Source of the DNA: a bacterium | GTDB taxonomy: Bacteria; Hinthialibacterota; Hinthialibacteria; Hinthialibacterales; Hinthialibacteraceae | NCBI GenBank assembly: GCA_041946805.1 | Contig: JBHGBC010000009.1 | Span: 16,372-80,371 of the forward strand | Direction: 5' to 3' | DNA length: 64,000 nt | The notes under the pieces: generated by a model | The model's input: the letters and a program-made list of their open reading frames with translations, nothing else | Database searches by the model: none | What the model was told of the DNA's origin: nothing | Part shown: piece after piece, positions 1 to 9,880 of the stretch | How positions within the stretch are numbered: the stretch's first letter is position 1 | How the letters are laid out: every line of letters starts with the position of its first letter | Position numbers and translations under genes: made by a program

Positions 1-555
1 TACGGCACCCTGGCCGCGATTCCGCTGTTCATTCTCTGGCTGTATTACAGTTTTCTCTGTTTTCTGCTCGGTCCGGTCATCGCCACCACCATCCAGGATT
101 ACGACCGCCACCTGGCCCATCTGCGCCGGAAACCCCGGGGATTCACCCACCGGCCCATTCACGCCCTGCATGTGTTTATGGATATCAGCCGCCATTTTAA
201 GGATCAGAAGCGCGGCATTTCGCTGGCCGAGTTGGAGATGCAGTCCGGCGTCGCGAATAACTACCTCCGCCGTTGCCTGAAGGCGTTGGAACAGGCCCGC
301 CTGATCCATCAGGACCGGCGGCATCAGTATTATTATCCCAGCATGGATCCCGATCAGGTGATGGTGGGGGAAGTGTTGGAACGGCTGATCGGTTTGCTTC
401 CCGCCCCCGATTCCGGCCGCAAGCATCCGCCGGATCCCCTGGAGGAAAACATCCGGAACCTCCTGAACCAGCGGGGAGATTTGCCGATCGGTTCGTTTCT
501 GCGGCTCAATCCCGAACGGCCGGCGTTGGGGATGGACCGGATCCGGCCGGCCTAG
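1..555 (+). CDS. YihY/BrkB family membrane protein with C-terminal winged-HTH-like domain (5' truncated by window)
   Basis: Frame is open from base 1 (YGTLAAIPLFILWLYYS, typical of the last YihY helices) and in frame with ORF 172..555, which has an HTH-like segment (ISLAELEMQSGVANNYLRRCLKALEQARLI). Confidence 0.75.
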   Translation, partial: YGTLAAIPLFILWLYYSFLCFLLGPVIATTIQDYDRHLAHLRRKPRGFTHRPIHALHVFMDISRHFKDQKRGISLAELEMQSGVANNYLRRCLKALEQARLIHQDRRHQYYYPSMDPDQVMVGEVLERLIGLLPAPDSGRKHPPDPLEENIRNLLNQRGDLPIGSFLRLNPERPALGMDRIRPA

Positions 556-562
556 CCCTTCC

Positions 563-1915
563 TCACGAGAACCGCAGCGCGTTCACGGGGGTGAAGCGGG
601 CGGCGCGGACCGCCGGGTAGATCGAGGCCAGAAAACTGACCACCAGCGTGTAGACGCTTACCCAAATGAAGTCCATGATATCCATCTCGCAGGGGAGATA
701 CTTCAGATAATAGACCCGCCCTTCGCCCGGCATCTCCGGCGGAAACATCTGGAGAACCTTGCAGATCGAGAATCCCCCGGCCGCGCCCAGGCCGGCTCCC
801 AGGGCCCCCACGATCAATCCCAACAAAATGAAAATCAGCATGATGTTCTTGCGGCCGGCCCCGATCGCGCGCAGGAGGCCGATGTCCCGGGTTTTTTCGG
901 TCACCACCATGAACAGCGTGGCGATGATGTTGAAGGTGGCCACCAAGATGATGATCTTCAGGATGTAATCCATGGTCCGTTTTTCGATGTCCAGGGCCTG
1001 GAAGAAGGTTTGATTCATGCTCATCCAGGTTTGTCCATACCCGATATGGCCCAGCAATTCCTGGTTTTTATTGTAGATATCCAGGCCGGTCTTATTGGTT
1101 TGGTCGATGGAAAAATCGTTTAGGCGGAACTGGATCTCGGTGATGTGGTCTCCCAGCCCCAAGAGGGTTTGCGCGGCGGGGATGGAGATGTAGACCATGG
1201 TCGAGTCGTATTCATAATGGCCCGATTCGAAGACTCCCTCGACGACGAACTGGTCCGTGCTGGTCTGATCCAGGGAGACCGTTTCGGTGTCCTGGCGGAG
1301 CGTGATCAGGTTGATCCGCTGGCCCAATGCGCGGCTGTACGCCTGTTCCTTGGATTCGCCTTCGACTTCCCCGATATGAAACATGGCCATGGCCAGTTCC
1401 TTGCCGATGAGGATCCCGTGTTTCTTGGCTTGCGCCACCTCGGTGATTTTGACCTTGCGGCCGGACGCGGGGGGGCGCCGTTCCCGGCGCAATCCGTCCA
1501 GGCTCCCGGCGATCAGGAATTGTTCCAATCCCGTGACCTTCGTTTCATAATCCGGATCGATGCCCACAAAGTTGACGGCGAAGGGTATCCGGCTGCTGAC
1601 TGGATAGAGGAATCCCCATTCCTTGATGGTGGGCGAACAGGCCGCGACATTGGGAATCTTGGCGAATTCGGAGAGAACTTGATCGTACCTCCCGATGCCT
1701 CCATAGTTATCGTAATAAAACACGATGTGGGAACGGACTTGCAGGATCTTGGAGCGCAGGTAGTTCCCGAAGCCGTTCATGACCGACAAGACCGTGATCA
1801 GCGACGCGACGCCCAGCGCCACGCCCATGGTGCTGATCAAGGTCAGATGAAAAATGAAGGTGGCTCCGCCCTGGGGCCGGAGATACCGCTTGGCGATAAA
1901 CCATTCGTAACGCAT
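563..1915 (-). CDS. lolE: Lipoprotein-releasing ABC transporter permease LolC/E
   Basis: Real start MRYEWFIAKRYLR at 1915; motifs GVALGVASLITVLSVMNGF, EKTRDIGLLRAIGA and YPAVRAARFTPVNALR. Confidence 0.9.
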   Translation of the reverse strand: MRYEWFIAKRYLRPQGGATFIFHLTLISTMGVALGVASLITVLSVMNGFGNYLRSKILQVRSHIVFYYDNYGGIGRYDQVLSEFAKIPNVAACSPTIKEWGFLYPVSSRIPFAVNFVGIDPDYETKVTGLEQFLIAGSLDGLRRERRPPASGRKVKITEVAQAKKHGILIGKELAMAMFHIGEVEGESKEQAYSRALGQRINLITLRQDTETVSLDQTSTDQFVVEGVFESGHYEYDSTMVYISIPAAQTLLGLGDHITEIQFRLNDFSIDQTNKTGLDIYNKNQELLGHIGYGQTWMSMNQTFFQALDIEKRTMDYILKIIILVATFNIIATLFMVVTEKTRDIGLLRAIGAGRKNIMLIFILLGLIVGALGAGLGAAGGFSICKVLQMFPPEMPGEGRVYYLKYLPCEMDIMDFIWVSVYTLVVSFLASIYPAVRAARFTPVNALRFS

Positions 1916-1954
1916 GAGGCAATCCGTTTCAGCGAGGATGATGGGTATGATAGC

Positions 1955-3568
1955 ATGCTCCGGAAAGGGACAAGAGACGCCGTGAACGGGAAACGGACGC
2001 CGTGGACCCGGCTGTTGCTGTTGCTCCTGGCCGGTTTTCTCTTGCGGGCGGTGGGCCTGGACCGCGTTCCCCCCGCCCTCAATTCCGATGAGTTGCTGAA
2101 GGTGTTCGACGGGGCTTCGGTGTACCGGACCGGAAAGGATCATCACGGCCATCCGTGGCCTTTGTTCTTTGAACAATCGGGAGAATACAGCCCGCCGCTC
2201 TATATTTATTTCGCCGGGTTGTTCTCCACTCCCTTCGGGATCAACGGCTACACCACGCGCTTGCCCTCGGCGGTTCTCGGCGCCTTGTCCATCCTCATGA
2301 CGTATTTGTTCGTTTCGGTCTGGGCCGGCCGGGAAACGGGCCTGCTGGCCGCTGGCCTGGTGACGATTTCGCCCTGGAATGTCCACTACAGCCGCATTGG
2401 GTGGGAAGCGATTTCGCTCGTGCCGCTGCAATTGGCGGGCTTGTGGTTGTTCGTCCGTTGGACCCAAACGATGTTGGCGCGGGATCTGGTTTTTTCCGCC
2501 GTCTTCTGGGGTTTGACCTTGTACGCCTACCCAGTGGCGCGGCTCTCGACCCTGCTGATGCTGGGGGGATTGTTGCTCGTGTACGCCCCGGTGTTGCGGG
2601 AGAAGCTCCGGCATTTTGCCGCAGCCATGGCGGTGCTGGTGTTGATGCTGGTGCCCTACCTCGTCGCGGTTCTCCAAAACCGGGAGGCGATGCAAAAGCG
2701 GTGGAATTTTGTTTCCATCCTGAACCGGGATGACTGGCTGCCGCTGTTTTTTCAACAATACCTGGGGCATCTCTCGCCCCGATTCTTGTTTCTCACCGGC
2801 AATGAAAATTCCCTGCATTACATGGCCGGGGGCATGGCGTTGGGCGTGCTGCTGCCTTTCTTTACCGTGGGGATGATCGACATTTTCAGGACTCGGGGAC
2901 GGGAGCGTCGGCTTTTGTTGTTCTGGTTGTTGAGTTTCGCCATCCCCTCCAGCCTGACCTACGACCGCTACGATCCGGCCAGCATGCCCAACGCGCTGCG
3001 GTCGATCAACGGAAACCCGGTGTTGGAAATCATCAGCGCGCTCGGGATCATGACGGCGCTGGGATGGCTCAGCAAACCTTGGCTGGCCCGGTTCGCCGCG
3101 GCCGGCATTTCCGCGGCGGTTGGAGTCAACGCGGCCGTCATCGGCTACGACTACGCCGTCCGCTATCCGGTCTACTCTGCTCCCGAATGGCAGTACGGCT
3201 TGAAGGAAGCGGTGCGGTTCGCCGAGAGCCGCAAGGCGGACTACGACCGGATTGTCGTCTCGCACCAGGTCCGCCTGCATCCCGTGGCGCTGGCCTGCTT
3301 TTCCGGCCGCGCTCCCGGACCGTTCAGCGGGGCGGATTTCCCGAAATACGTGCTTCCGTTTTATCACTACACGCCCATGTACCGGGATTTTCGGATGATG
3401 GAGTACGAACGGTACAAACCCGTATCCCGCTGGTATACCCTGGCGCCGGGCCGGAACCTGATTCTCGCGAAAGCGGGAGAGATCGAGGGGGAACCGGTTT
3501 GGCGCATCGGCTATCCGGATGGCGCGCCCGCGTTTGAGGTGTTCGAAAGCCGGGGGGAAAGGAAATAA
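1955..3568 (+). CDS. ArnT/GT39-like (GT-C fold) integral membrane glycosyltransferase
   Basis: LNSDE loop motif, PPLYIYF, RLPSAVLG, SPWNVHYSR and many TM helices; start is ATG 1955 or GTG 1982. Confidence 0.8.
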   Translation: MLRKGTRDAVNGKRTPWTRLLLLLLAGFLLRAVGLDRVPPALNSDELLKVFDGASVYRTGKDHHGHPWPLFFEQSGEYSPPLYIYFAGLFSTPFGINGYTTRLPSAVLGALSILMTYLFVSVWAGRETGLLAAGLVTISPWNVHYSRIGWEAISLVPLQLAGLWLFVRWTQTMLARDLVFSAVFWGLTLYAYPVARLSTLLMLGGLLLVYAPVLREKLRHFAAAMAVLVLMLVPYLVAVLQNREAMQKRWNFVSILNRDDWLPLFFQQYLGHLSPRFLFLTGNENSLHYMAGGMALGVLLPFFTVGMIDIFRTRGRERRLLLFWLLSFAIPSSLTYDRYDPASMPNALRSINGNPVLEIISALGIMTALGWLSKPWLARFAAAGISAAVGVNAAVIGYDYAVRYPVYSAPEWQYGLKEAVRFAESRKADYDRIVVSHQVRLHPVALACFSGRAPGPFSGADFPKYVLPFYHYTPMYRDFRMMEYERYKPVSRWYTLAPGRNLILAKAGEIEGEPVWRIGYPDGAPAFEVFESRGERK

Positions 3569-3603
3569 ATTCACGGCCGAGACGCGGAGAGCGCGGAGAG
3601 AAA

Positions 3604-3631
3604 GTAGGGGCACGTTGCCGCGTGCCCCTAC
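3604..3631. repeat. GTAG-type REP-like hairpin (perfect 11-bp stem)
   Basis: GTAGGGGCACG-ttgccg-CGTGCCCCTAC; related copies at 31053-31080, 35026-35053, 39769-39796 and 57423-57450. Confidence 0.8.
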
Positions 3632-3690
3632 TTTGGTGGACCAACCCTCTTCGCATCAAATAGTGATGTTGTTGCGAGAAGGAAGTTTTT

Positions 3691-3779
3691 CCCTCACCCC
3701 GGCTCTCTCCCCGAGGGAGAGGGAGCAGAAAAGGAAGGTTATAGTGGGTGGGCTACGCTGCGTTTGGAGCCCACCCTAC
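3691..3779 (-). repeat. Composite repeat: GTAG hairpin + linker + CCCTCTCCC/GGGAGAGGG hairpin
   Basis: Reverse complement matches 42588-42680 and 43388-43497, including the linker AACCT(T/C)CCTTTT. Confidence 0.7.
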
Positions 3780-3858
3780 AATTTCCACGAACCGTGGGTA
3801 TCTCGAAAATACGCGGCTCGGCGGGAGTATCGCCCTCTCCATACTTCTCCGTGGGGAT

Positions 3859-4764
3859 TCACATGGTCAGGAGGGATCGGAGGATGCTCTCCTTGACATA
3901 CACCAGCACATACACCACACAGGGATGAAGAAACAAAAAAGCGAACACGGGGGAGAGATCCACGAAATCGATCCGGGCCCAGGGAAAGACGCGGCGGAAA
4001 AAGGTCAGGTAGGGATCGGACATCGCCCGCACGAACTGCAGGACCATGCTGAAGGGATCGGCGGCGATCCAGGACGCGAGAATGGCGAGCAGCAGCACGA
4101 ACAAATAGGCGTTGACCAGCGTCAGCAGCACTTCGAACGCGCTCGTGACCATGGTCACCCAAAGGGCCTTGCCGCCGTAAATCCATACCCCGCTGATCAG
4201 GGCGGCGGACAAGGAACCCAAGATCAACGTGGCCCCGGCGCTCACGAGAAACAGGGTCACCAAGTTGCCGGTTTTGATCCAGCGGCCGGTGGCCTGAAAT
4301 ATGGCGAAGGTGTTTTCTTGAAAACACGCGAAGCCCGCGTTGCCGCTCATCATGAGTCCCCGGCGCGAAATCATCAGACTGGCGAACAGCAAGGCGATGA
4401 TCAACTCCGTAATCAGCACGAAGCCCATGCTGAAACTGATCAGAATCGCGCCGGTCAATTTCAGCGGACCACCGGCTCCATGAATCCGCGTGAAATCGTT
4501 GGTGTAGTCTCCCGCAAGCAGCCACAGGGCCAGTCCCCGGATGACCAGCGTCACCCCGATGGCCAGGAGCGGCGTCTGGTCCCGCAGTTTATACGATTCC
4601 CGCGGAATCCATTGTTTGAAGGGTGTCAAGAGCCGCTCGGTGAGAGTCACGAGGGCCACCAAGATCGGGCCGAATCCGTAAAACTGGTAGCGTTCGATGA
4701 AATGCCGGATGAACAGAACGACGATCAGCACCGTGAAAAAGAGGTTTAAGATGGAAAAGAACAT
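3859..4764 (-). CDS. YggT family membrane protein (multi-repeat)
   Basis: C-terminal SDPYLTFFRRVFP..DLSP YggT motif and an N-terminal repeat TERLLTPFKQWIP..DQTP; ATG at 4764. Confidence 0.75.
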   Translation of the reverse strand: MFFSILNLFFTVLIVVLFIRHFIERYQFYGFGPILVALVTLTERLLTPFKQWIPRESYKLRDQTPLLAIGVTLVIRGLALWLLAGDYTNDFTRIHGAGGPLKLTGAILISFSMGFVLITELIIALLFASLMISRRGLMMSGNAGFACFQENTFAIFQATGRWIKTGNLVTLFLVSAGATLILGSLSAALISGVWIYGGKALWVTMVTSAFEVLLTLVNAYLFVLLLAILASWIAADPFSMVLQFVRAMSDPYLTFFRRVFPWARIDFVDLSPVFAFLFLHPCVVYVLVYVKESILRSLLTM

Positions 4765-4930
4765 GGAGTCCCGCCGAAAAATCCTTGATGAGGTGGTGGT
4801 ATATAGCCTATTAAAGCAGCAAGGCGATTTGTGTCCCATGGGGGAGGTATTGAATGACCCAAAGGACGAAGCAGGCCAGTTGCCTACAGCGCAATGGCGG
4901 GTGGAAACCTAGGTCCGCCCCTGCCAGATT

Positions 4931-4965
4931 CCCTCACCCCGGCCCTCTCCCAAGGGGAGAGAGAG
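4931..4965 (+). repeat. CCCTCACCC-N-CCCTCTCCC-N3-GGGAGAGGG hairpin repeat
   Basis: ccctcaccccggccctctcccaaggggagagagag; one of about 19 copies in the window. Confidence 0.8.
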
Positions 4966-5222
4966 AAGGAAATCCTCCCTCTTAAATCGGAGTCTAAGAA
5001 GTGAAACATCCTCAAGAATAACCCATTTGCCGAACAAATGATTCATCGAACAAAATTCGCCGGACAGATGATCCGTCGAACAAAAACCGTGAATCACTTC
5101 CAGTTTTGGCCAGTATCGCCCAAAATGCCGAGTCTGACAATACGAAGAAATCAACCTGGCACGAAGCAATCAACCTGGCGGTGTTCCCAGCGTGGGGAGC
5201 GCCAGGAGGGTGGAGAAGGACC

Positions 5223-6344
5223 TTGCGTATTGGTTTCGAATGCACCGTGCTGACCCGTTCGATCGCCGGGATCGGCTATTACACTCACCACCTGCTCCAG
5301 GCGCTGGCCCGGCGGCCGGGCGAGGAGGAATATGTCCTGTTCTACAACCGCCCTCTGCAGCCGATGGAATTGCCTTCCCGCCTGCGTCATGTCCTCACCG
5401 GTCCCGCCAGCACGCATCTGTGGGTGCAAACCCGGTTGGCCTCGCTTTGCCGTAAGCAGGCCATCGACCTTCTGCACAGCCCGGGGCAGGGGCTTCCGTT
5501 TCTGTTCGACAAGCCCCGGATTCTGACCATCCATGACCTCTCCCCGTTGATGTTTCCCCGTCAAAAAGATCTTTCTTCGCGTTTCGTGTGGACCACTCTG
5601 GTGCCCATCATGGCCCGGCAGGCCGATCACATCATCACCGTGTCGGACCACACCCGCCAGGATGTCACCCGCCTGCTGGGGATCCCGGAGCACCGTGTCA
5701 CCCGGATCCATGAGGCCGCCGCGCCGGAGTTCTACCCCGAACCGGACGCTGAACGGATCCGAAAATTCCGCCGCGGCAAGGCGCTGGAGACGGGTTATAT
5801 CCTGGCCGTGGGGACGCTGGAGCCGAGGAAAAATTATCCTTTCCTGTTGCGCGTGTTCGCCCAGTGGCTGGAACGCTCCCGCCCGGACGCGACGCTGGTG
5901 ATTATCGGGAAAAAGGGATGGTTGTATGATGAAATCTTCGCAACCCTCGCGGCGCTGAATCTCCACCGGCGTGTACGCTTCGAGGGATACGTGGGCGGTC
6001 CTGGCCTGATGCGGCTCTATTACTCGGCGGCGGAATTCTCGATACTCACCCCGTTTTACGAAGGCTTTTGGCTGCCCGGGCTGGAGTCGCTGGCCTGCGG
6101 GACCCCGGTCATCGCGCCAGGTAATTCTTCTATCCCCGAGGTGATCGGTGAGGCGGGATTACTGGTTGATTCGTGGGACATGGATGCATGGGCCGCGGCC
6201 ATGGACCGCCTGTGGATGGCGCCGGACCGGGCCATCTGGGCGCGAAAAGGCATCGAGCGGGCCCGCCGGTTTTCATGGGACCGGGCGGCGGAAGAGACCC
6301 TCGCGGTTTACCATGCGGTGATTCAATCCCGGGAGGGGGCATGA
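5223..6344 (+). CDS. Glycosyltransferase family 4
   Basis: TIHDL, VGTLEPRKN and YEGFWLPGLESLACGTPV motifs; probable TTG start after a GGAGAAGGA RBS. Confidence 0.9.
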   Translation: MRIGFECTVLTRSIAGIGYYTHHLLQALARRPGEEEYVLFYNRPLQPMELPSRLRHVLTGPASTHLWVQTRLASLCRKQAIDLLHSPGQGLPFLFDKPRILTIHDLSPLMFPRQKDLSSRFVWTTLVPIMARQADHIITVSDHTRQDVTRLLGIPEHRVTRIHEAAAPEFYPEPDAERIRKFRRGKALETGYILAVGTLEPRKNYPFLLRVFAQWLERSRPDATLVIIGKKGWLYDEIFATLAALNLHRRVRFEGYVGGPGLMRLYYSAAEFSILTPFYEGFWLPGLESLACGTPVIAPGNSSIPEVIGEAGLLVDSWDMDAWAAAMDRLWMAPDRAIWARKGIERARRFSWDRAAEETLAVYHAVIQSREGA

Positions 6345-7429
6345 ACGTTCTGTTTATTGAACCGGCCGGCGCGGGCGGCATCGCGCATTGCACCTACGCT
6401 CTGGCGAACGCCCTGGGCGCGCGGGGCGTGGAGTGCGATATCCTGACTTCGCCGCGCTGGCATCCACGCCCGCTGGCCGGGCCGGTCCGGATCCACCGGG
6501 TGTTCCGGGGACGGAAGACCAATCCGGCGGCGTTGTATCTTCGTTGTTTTCAATTGCGGCGGTCGGTTAATGTCGTGCATTGGCAGAGTACGACTTATCC
6601 GAAGCTGATCCTCCTGCTCATGCGGGTTATCCCCCTGAAAAAAATGCCGTGGATCTTCACGGTCCATAATGTATTGCCGCACGAACGGACCGAGGCCGCA
6701 TTTCACGTGTACGGTAAGATTTACGAGCGAATGGACGGGCTGATTTTTCATACCCAACACTCGTTGGAAACGTTTAAGCCGTTGTTCCCGAACGTCAAAG
6801 CCCGAACGAGGATTATCCCATTGGGGGAATATGGATTTTTGCATGGCAAAACGCCTGTCCCCGATGCGCAGCCCAGGGATCCTGTTGTACTGTTTTTCGG
6901 GAATGTCCGGCATTACAAGGGGTTGGATGTGTTGATCCGGGCGTTCGCCGAAGTGAAAAAGGCGATTCCCGAGGCCGTCCTGCGCGCCGCCGGGCAGTGG
7001 TTCGTCCCCTTTCAGGAATACGAGGATTTAATCAACCGGCTTGGCCTGTCATCCAGCGTTGAATTCGAGAAAGGATTCATCCCCGACGAGGAGATCCCCA
7101 ACCTCTTCGCGCCGGCCGGCGTGATCGCGCTGCCCTACCGGGATATCGACCAGAGCGCCGTGCTGTTGTTGGCCATGGCGCTGGGAAAGCCCATTGTGGC
7201 CACGCGCGTGGGAGGGATGGCGGAAATTCTGCGGGATGGCCGCACCGCCCTCCTGGTTCCCCCGGAAGATCCGGCGGCGCTGGCGGAGGCGTTGGTTCGG
7301 ATCCTGCGCGATCCTCAAGGGGCCGCGCGGCTGGGCCGCAACGCCCGGGAGGATGTCAACACCCGGTTCTCCTGGGAGCGTATCGCCGAGCTAACCGAAT
7401 CGTTTTATCAGAGCGTCACGCGGCCATGA
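6341..7429 (+). CDS. Glycosyltransferase family 4
   Basis: FTVHNVLPHE, FFGNVRHYKGLD and QSAVLLLAMALGKPIVATRVGG; ATGA overlap with the upstream gene. Confidence 0.9.
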   Translation: MNVLFIEPAGAGGIAHCTYALANALGARGVECDILTSPRWHPRPLAGPVRIHRVFRGRKTNPAALYLRCFQLRRSVNVVHWQSTTYPKLILLLMRVIPLKKMPWIFTVHNVLPHERTEAAFHVYGKIYERMDGLIFHTQHSLETFKPLFPNVKARTRIIPLGEYGFLHGKTPVPDAQPRDPVVLFFGNVRHYKGLDVLIRAFAEVKKAIPEAVLRAAGQWFVPFQEYEDLINRLGLSSSVEFEKGFIPDEEIPNLFAPAGVIALPYRDIDQSAVLLLAMALGKPIVATRVGGMAEILRDGRTALLVPPEDPAALAEALVRILRDPQGAARLGRNAREDVNTRFSWERIAELTESFYQSVTRP

Positions 7430-9639
7430 AACCGATCACGGATTATATCGAATTCATTCGGGATTTGATCCTCGCGAGCCTGCTCGTTCTGGTTCCCGTG
7501 GTGATCGACGGGCATATCCGGATCGGGGCGGGACCCGAGACGAAATTTCGACTGTTTGAGTACGGCGTGTTGTTGGCGGGGCTGTTCTCGCTGCCGCGGT
7601 GGGCCGGCCGGAACCGGAAGCTCGCCTGGCGCTCCGGTTCCGTGGCGATCGGCCTCTTTCTGGCGTACCTGTTCGGCCGGGCGTGGCTGGATCCCCACCG
7701 CGATTATGCCCTGGATCAATTTTTGACGTTCGCGTCGTGGCTGGTTTTCGCTTGGCTGATCGCCGATGCCTGCCCGGCCCCCGCGCGGTTCGCCCGGATG
7801 CTGTGGATCATGGCCTGGGGGCAGCTGGGCCCCGTGATTCTCGCCATGGGCAATATATTTGGCGTCGATATCTACCTGCATTGGATCCTGCGGCAGCCGG
7901 ACTGGAAATGGGCAAGTGAACTGATCGGCGCGGACCGGGGGATCATCTGGTCCAGCCTGGGCAATCCCAATTTCTACGCCAACTACGGGGCGATGGTATT
8001 GCTTTGGCTCATCACCCTGATGTTCCTGACGCGCCGCCGGTGGATACGGGCATTGCTGGGGCTGTACGCGGCCATCCTGCTCATTACCTTGATTTACACC
8101 TTCACCCGGGGAATCTGGGCCAGCCTGGTTCCCACGTTCTTCATCCTGTTGGCGTTTGGGGCCGCCCAGTCCTGGCTGTCACGGCGTTCCTTGTCTTCCA
8201 CGATACGTCATTATGGAAAAAGCGCGGCGGCGCTGGGATTGGCCATGGTGTTGCTGCTCAGCGCGGCGTACGCGATGGAATCCCGGGAAGGCCCGTTCCA
8301 CAAAATCGGGAAACGCTTCCAAAACGCCATCCTGATGCGCGACACCAGCCTGCGTTCCCGCCCGCTGATGTGGTACGCCGCCTTGCGCATGTGGCGGGAC
8401 CGGCCGTTCACGGGCCTGGGGTGGGGGCAGTACGCTCCCCGCTACCTGGAGACCGTGTATCAATCCGCCCAGGAGACCGAACCGGCCCGGATCCAGCAGA
8501 TCACCCGTTCCATGAACACGATCTGGACCGACCTGGCTCACAACGATTATTTGCAACTCTTGGCGGAAACCGGCTTGGCGGGATATGCGCTGTTTCTGCT
8601 TTTTTTGCTGACCATCCTGGGAACCGCGGCCCGGGCCTTGTGGCCGATGGACCTTTCGCGAGCGCGGAGAATCCTCCTGACCGGTTGTTTCGCCATCGTC
8701 CTCATGACTTCCCTCCAATGCGTGTATGATTTTCCCTTGCATCTGCCCGCCAGCGCCATCCTATTCGCTCTGGCGGCGGGGGGAATCCTGGCCTTGGCCC
8801 CGGATCCGGACGCGCGCGTTCCCGGATTTTCGGGGCCCCGCGCCGGCCGGTGGCTGACCGCTCTGGCGTTGACGCCGATATTGGCCGCGGGCGGAATATT
8901 TGTCGTCACGCATGTGCTGGCTTCGCACTTTCATGAACAGGGCAGCCGGCAATTGCAGGCGGGCATTGATTTCATTTTCAAGAACCAGGAAACGGCCGTG
9001 GCGCGGTTCCGCCAGGCGGAGCGGGATCTCCAGCGGGCGGGGACCCTGTTTCCCGGCAACGGCCAGATTCTCTATGACCGCGGCCGCGTGTGCGCGTACC
9101 TGCGGGACAGCAGCCGCGCCATCGACCTGCTCCTGCGGGCGAAGGAAACGTACTGCGTTCCCGAAATGTACCGCGTGCTCTGCGATCAATACTTGCAGCT
9201 GAACCGGACGGCGCAGGCCCGGCGCGCCGCGGAAATCCTGCTGCTCATCGATCCGGACCGCAAGGAAACCCAATACCTGGCCGGTGTCGTGGATTTCCGG
9301 GAGGGGAATTATCCGGCGGCCGCCGCGCATTTTCAGGATGAATTGCGCATCAATCCGGAAAACGACCGGGCCTGGGGGTATCTCGGGGACATTTACACTA
9401 CCCAGGAGCAATGGGAGCAGGCGGCGCGGATGTACGAGAAGGCCCTGGAGATCGTGCCCCGGTCCGTGGACATCCGGGAGCGGCTGGCCGACCGGTACGC
9501 GCAACTCAAGGACCGGGAACGCGCGCGCCAACACTACGAGCTGGCGTTGGAAGGCGCCCGCTTGCTGCCGGATCCCACGTACAAACAACGCATCGAATGG
9601 AAACTGAAAGATCTCGAACCTATCCAGGCTCAACCTTGA
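7426..9639 (+). CDS. O-antigen ligase (Wzy_C) family protein with C-terminal TPR repeats
   Basis: SSLGNPNFYA, TFTRG, PFTGLGWG, AHNDYLQLLAETG and DFPLH motifs, followed by TPR-like repeats. Confidence 0.88.
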   Translation: MKPITDYIEFIRDLILASLLVLVPVVIDGHIRIGAGPETKFRLFEYGVLLAGLFSLPRWAGRNRKLAWRSGSVAIGLFLAYLFGRAWLDPHRDYALDQFLTFASWLVFAWLIADACPAPARFARMLWIMAWGQLGPVILAMGNIFGVDIYLHWILRQPDWKWASELIGADRGIIWSSLGNPNFYANYGAMVLLWLITLMFLTRRRWIRALLGLYAAILLITLIYTFTRGIWASLVPTFFILLAFGAAQSWLSRRSLSSTIRHYGKSAAALGLAMVLLLSAAYAMESREGPFHKIGKRFQNAILMRDTSLRSRPLMWYAALRMWRDRPFTGLGWGQYAPRYLETVYQSAQETEPARIQQITRSMNTIWTDLAHNDYLQLLAETGLAGYALFLLFLLTILGTAARALWPMDLSRARRILLTGCFAIVLMTSLQCVYDFPLHLPASAILFALAAGGILALAPDPDARVPGFSGPRAGRWLTALALTPILAAGGIFVVTHVLASHFHEQGSRQLQAGIDFIFKNQETAVARFRQAERDLQRAGTLFPGNGQILYDRGRVCAYLRDSSRAIDLLLRAKETYCVPEMYRVLCDQYLQLNRTAQARRAAEILLLIDPDRKETQYLAGVVDFREGNYPAAAAHFQDELRINPENDRAWGYLGDIYTTQEQWEQAARMYEKALEIVPRSVDIRERLADRYAQLKDRERARQHYELALEGARLLPDPTYKQRIEWKLKDLEPIQAQP

Positions 9640-9763
9640 TCCAGTATCATGACGTTGTGCCATGGATATCATCCCCGCGAAGGCGGGGTTCCAGGAGAAG
9701 GCGGTAAAATCTCCCCAACATGGGGAGGAAAACGGATAGTAAGTACCGCTGATGCCTAGCATT

Positions 9764-9796
9764 CCCTCACCCGTTCCCTCTCCCGGAGGGAGAGGG
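9764..9796 (+). repeat. CCCTCTCCC/GGGAGAGGG hairpin repeat
   Basis: ccctcacccgttccctctcccggagggagaggg. Confidence 0.8.
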
Positions 9797-9880
9797 AACG
9801 GGTCTCGGTTTTTGATAGGATAGTGGCTTTAATTGATCGCAATGAACCTTGATCCATCGCGGCCTCGAAAAGGATTCAGC

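Noticed and set aside
1916..3613. 1016-aa minus-strand ORF appearing as a long N-terminal extension of LolC/E, and the 807-aa plus-strand extension of the GT39 gene
   Set aside because: Each extension is the antisense shadow of the opposite real gene in GC-rich DNA; the real starts are at 1915 and 1955/1982
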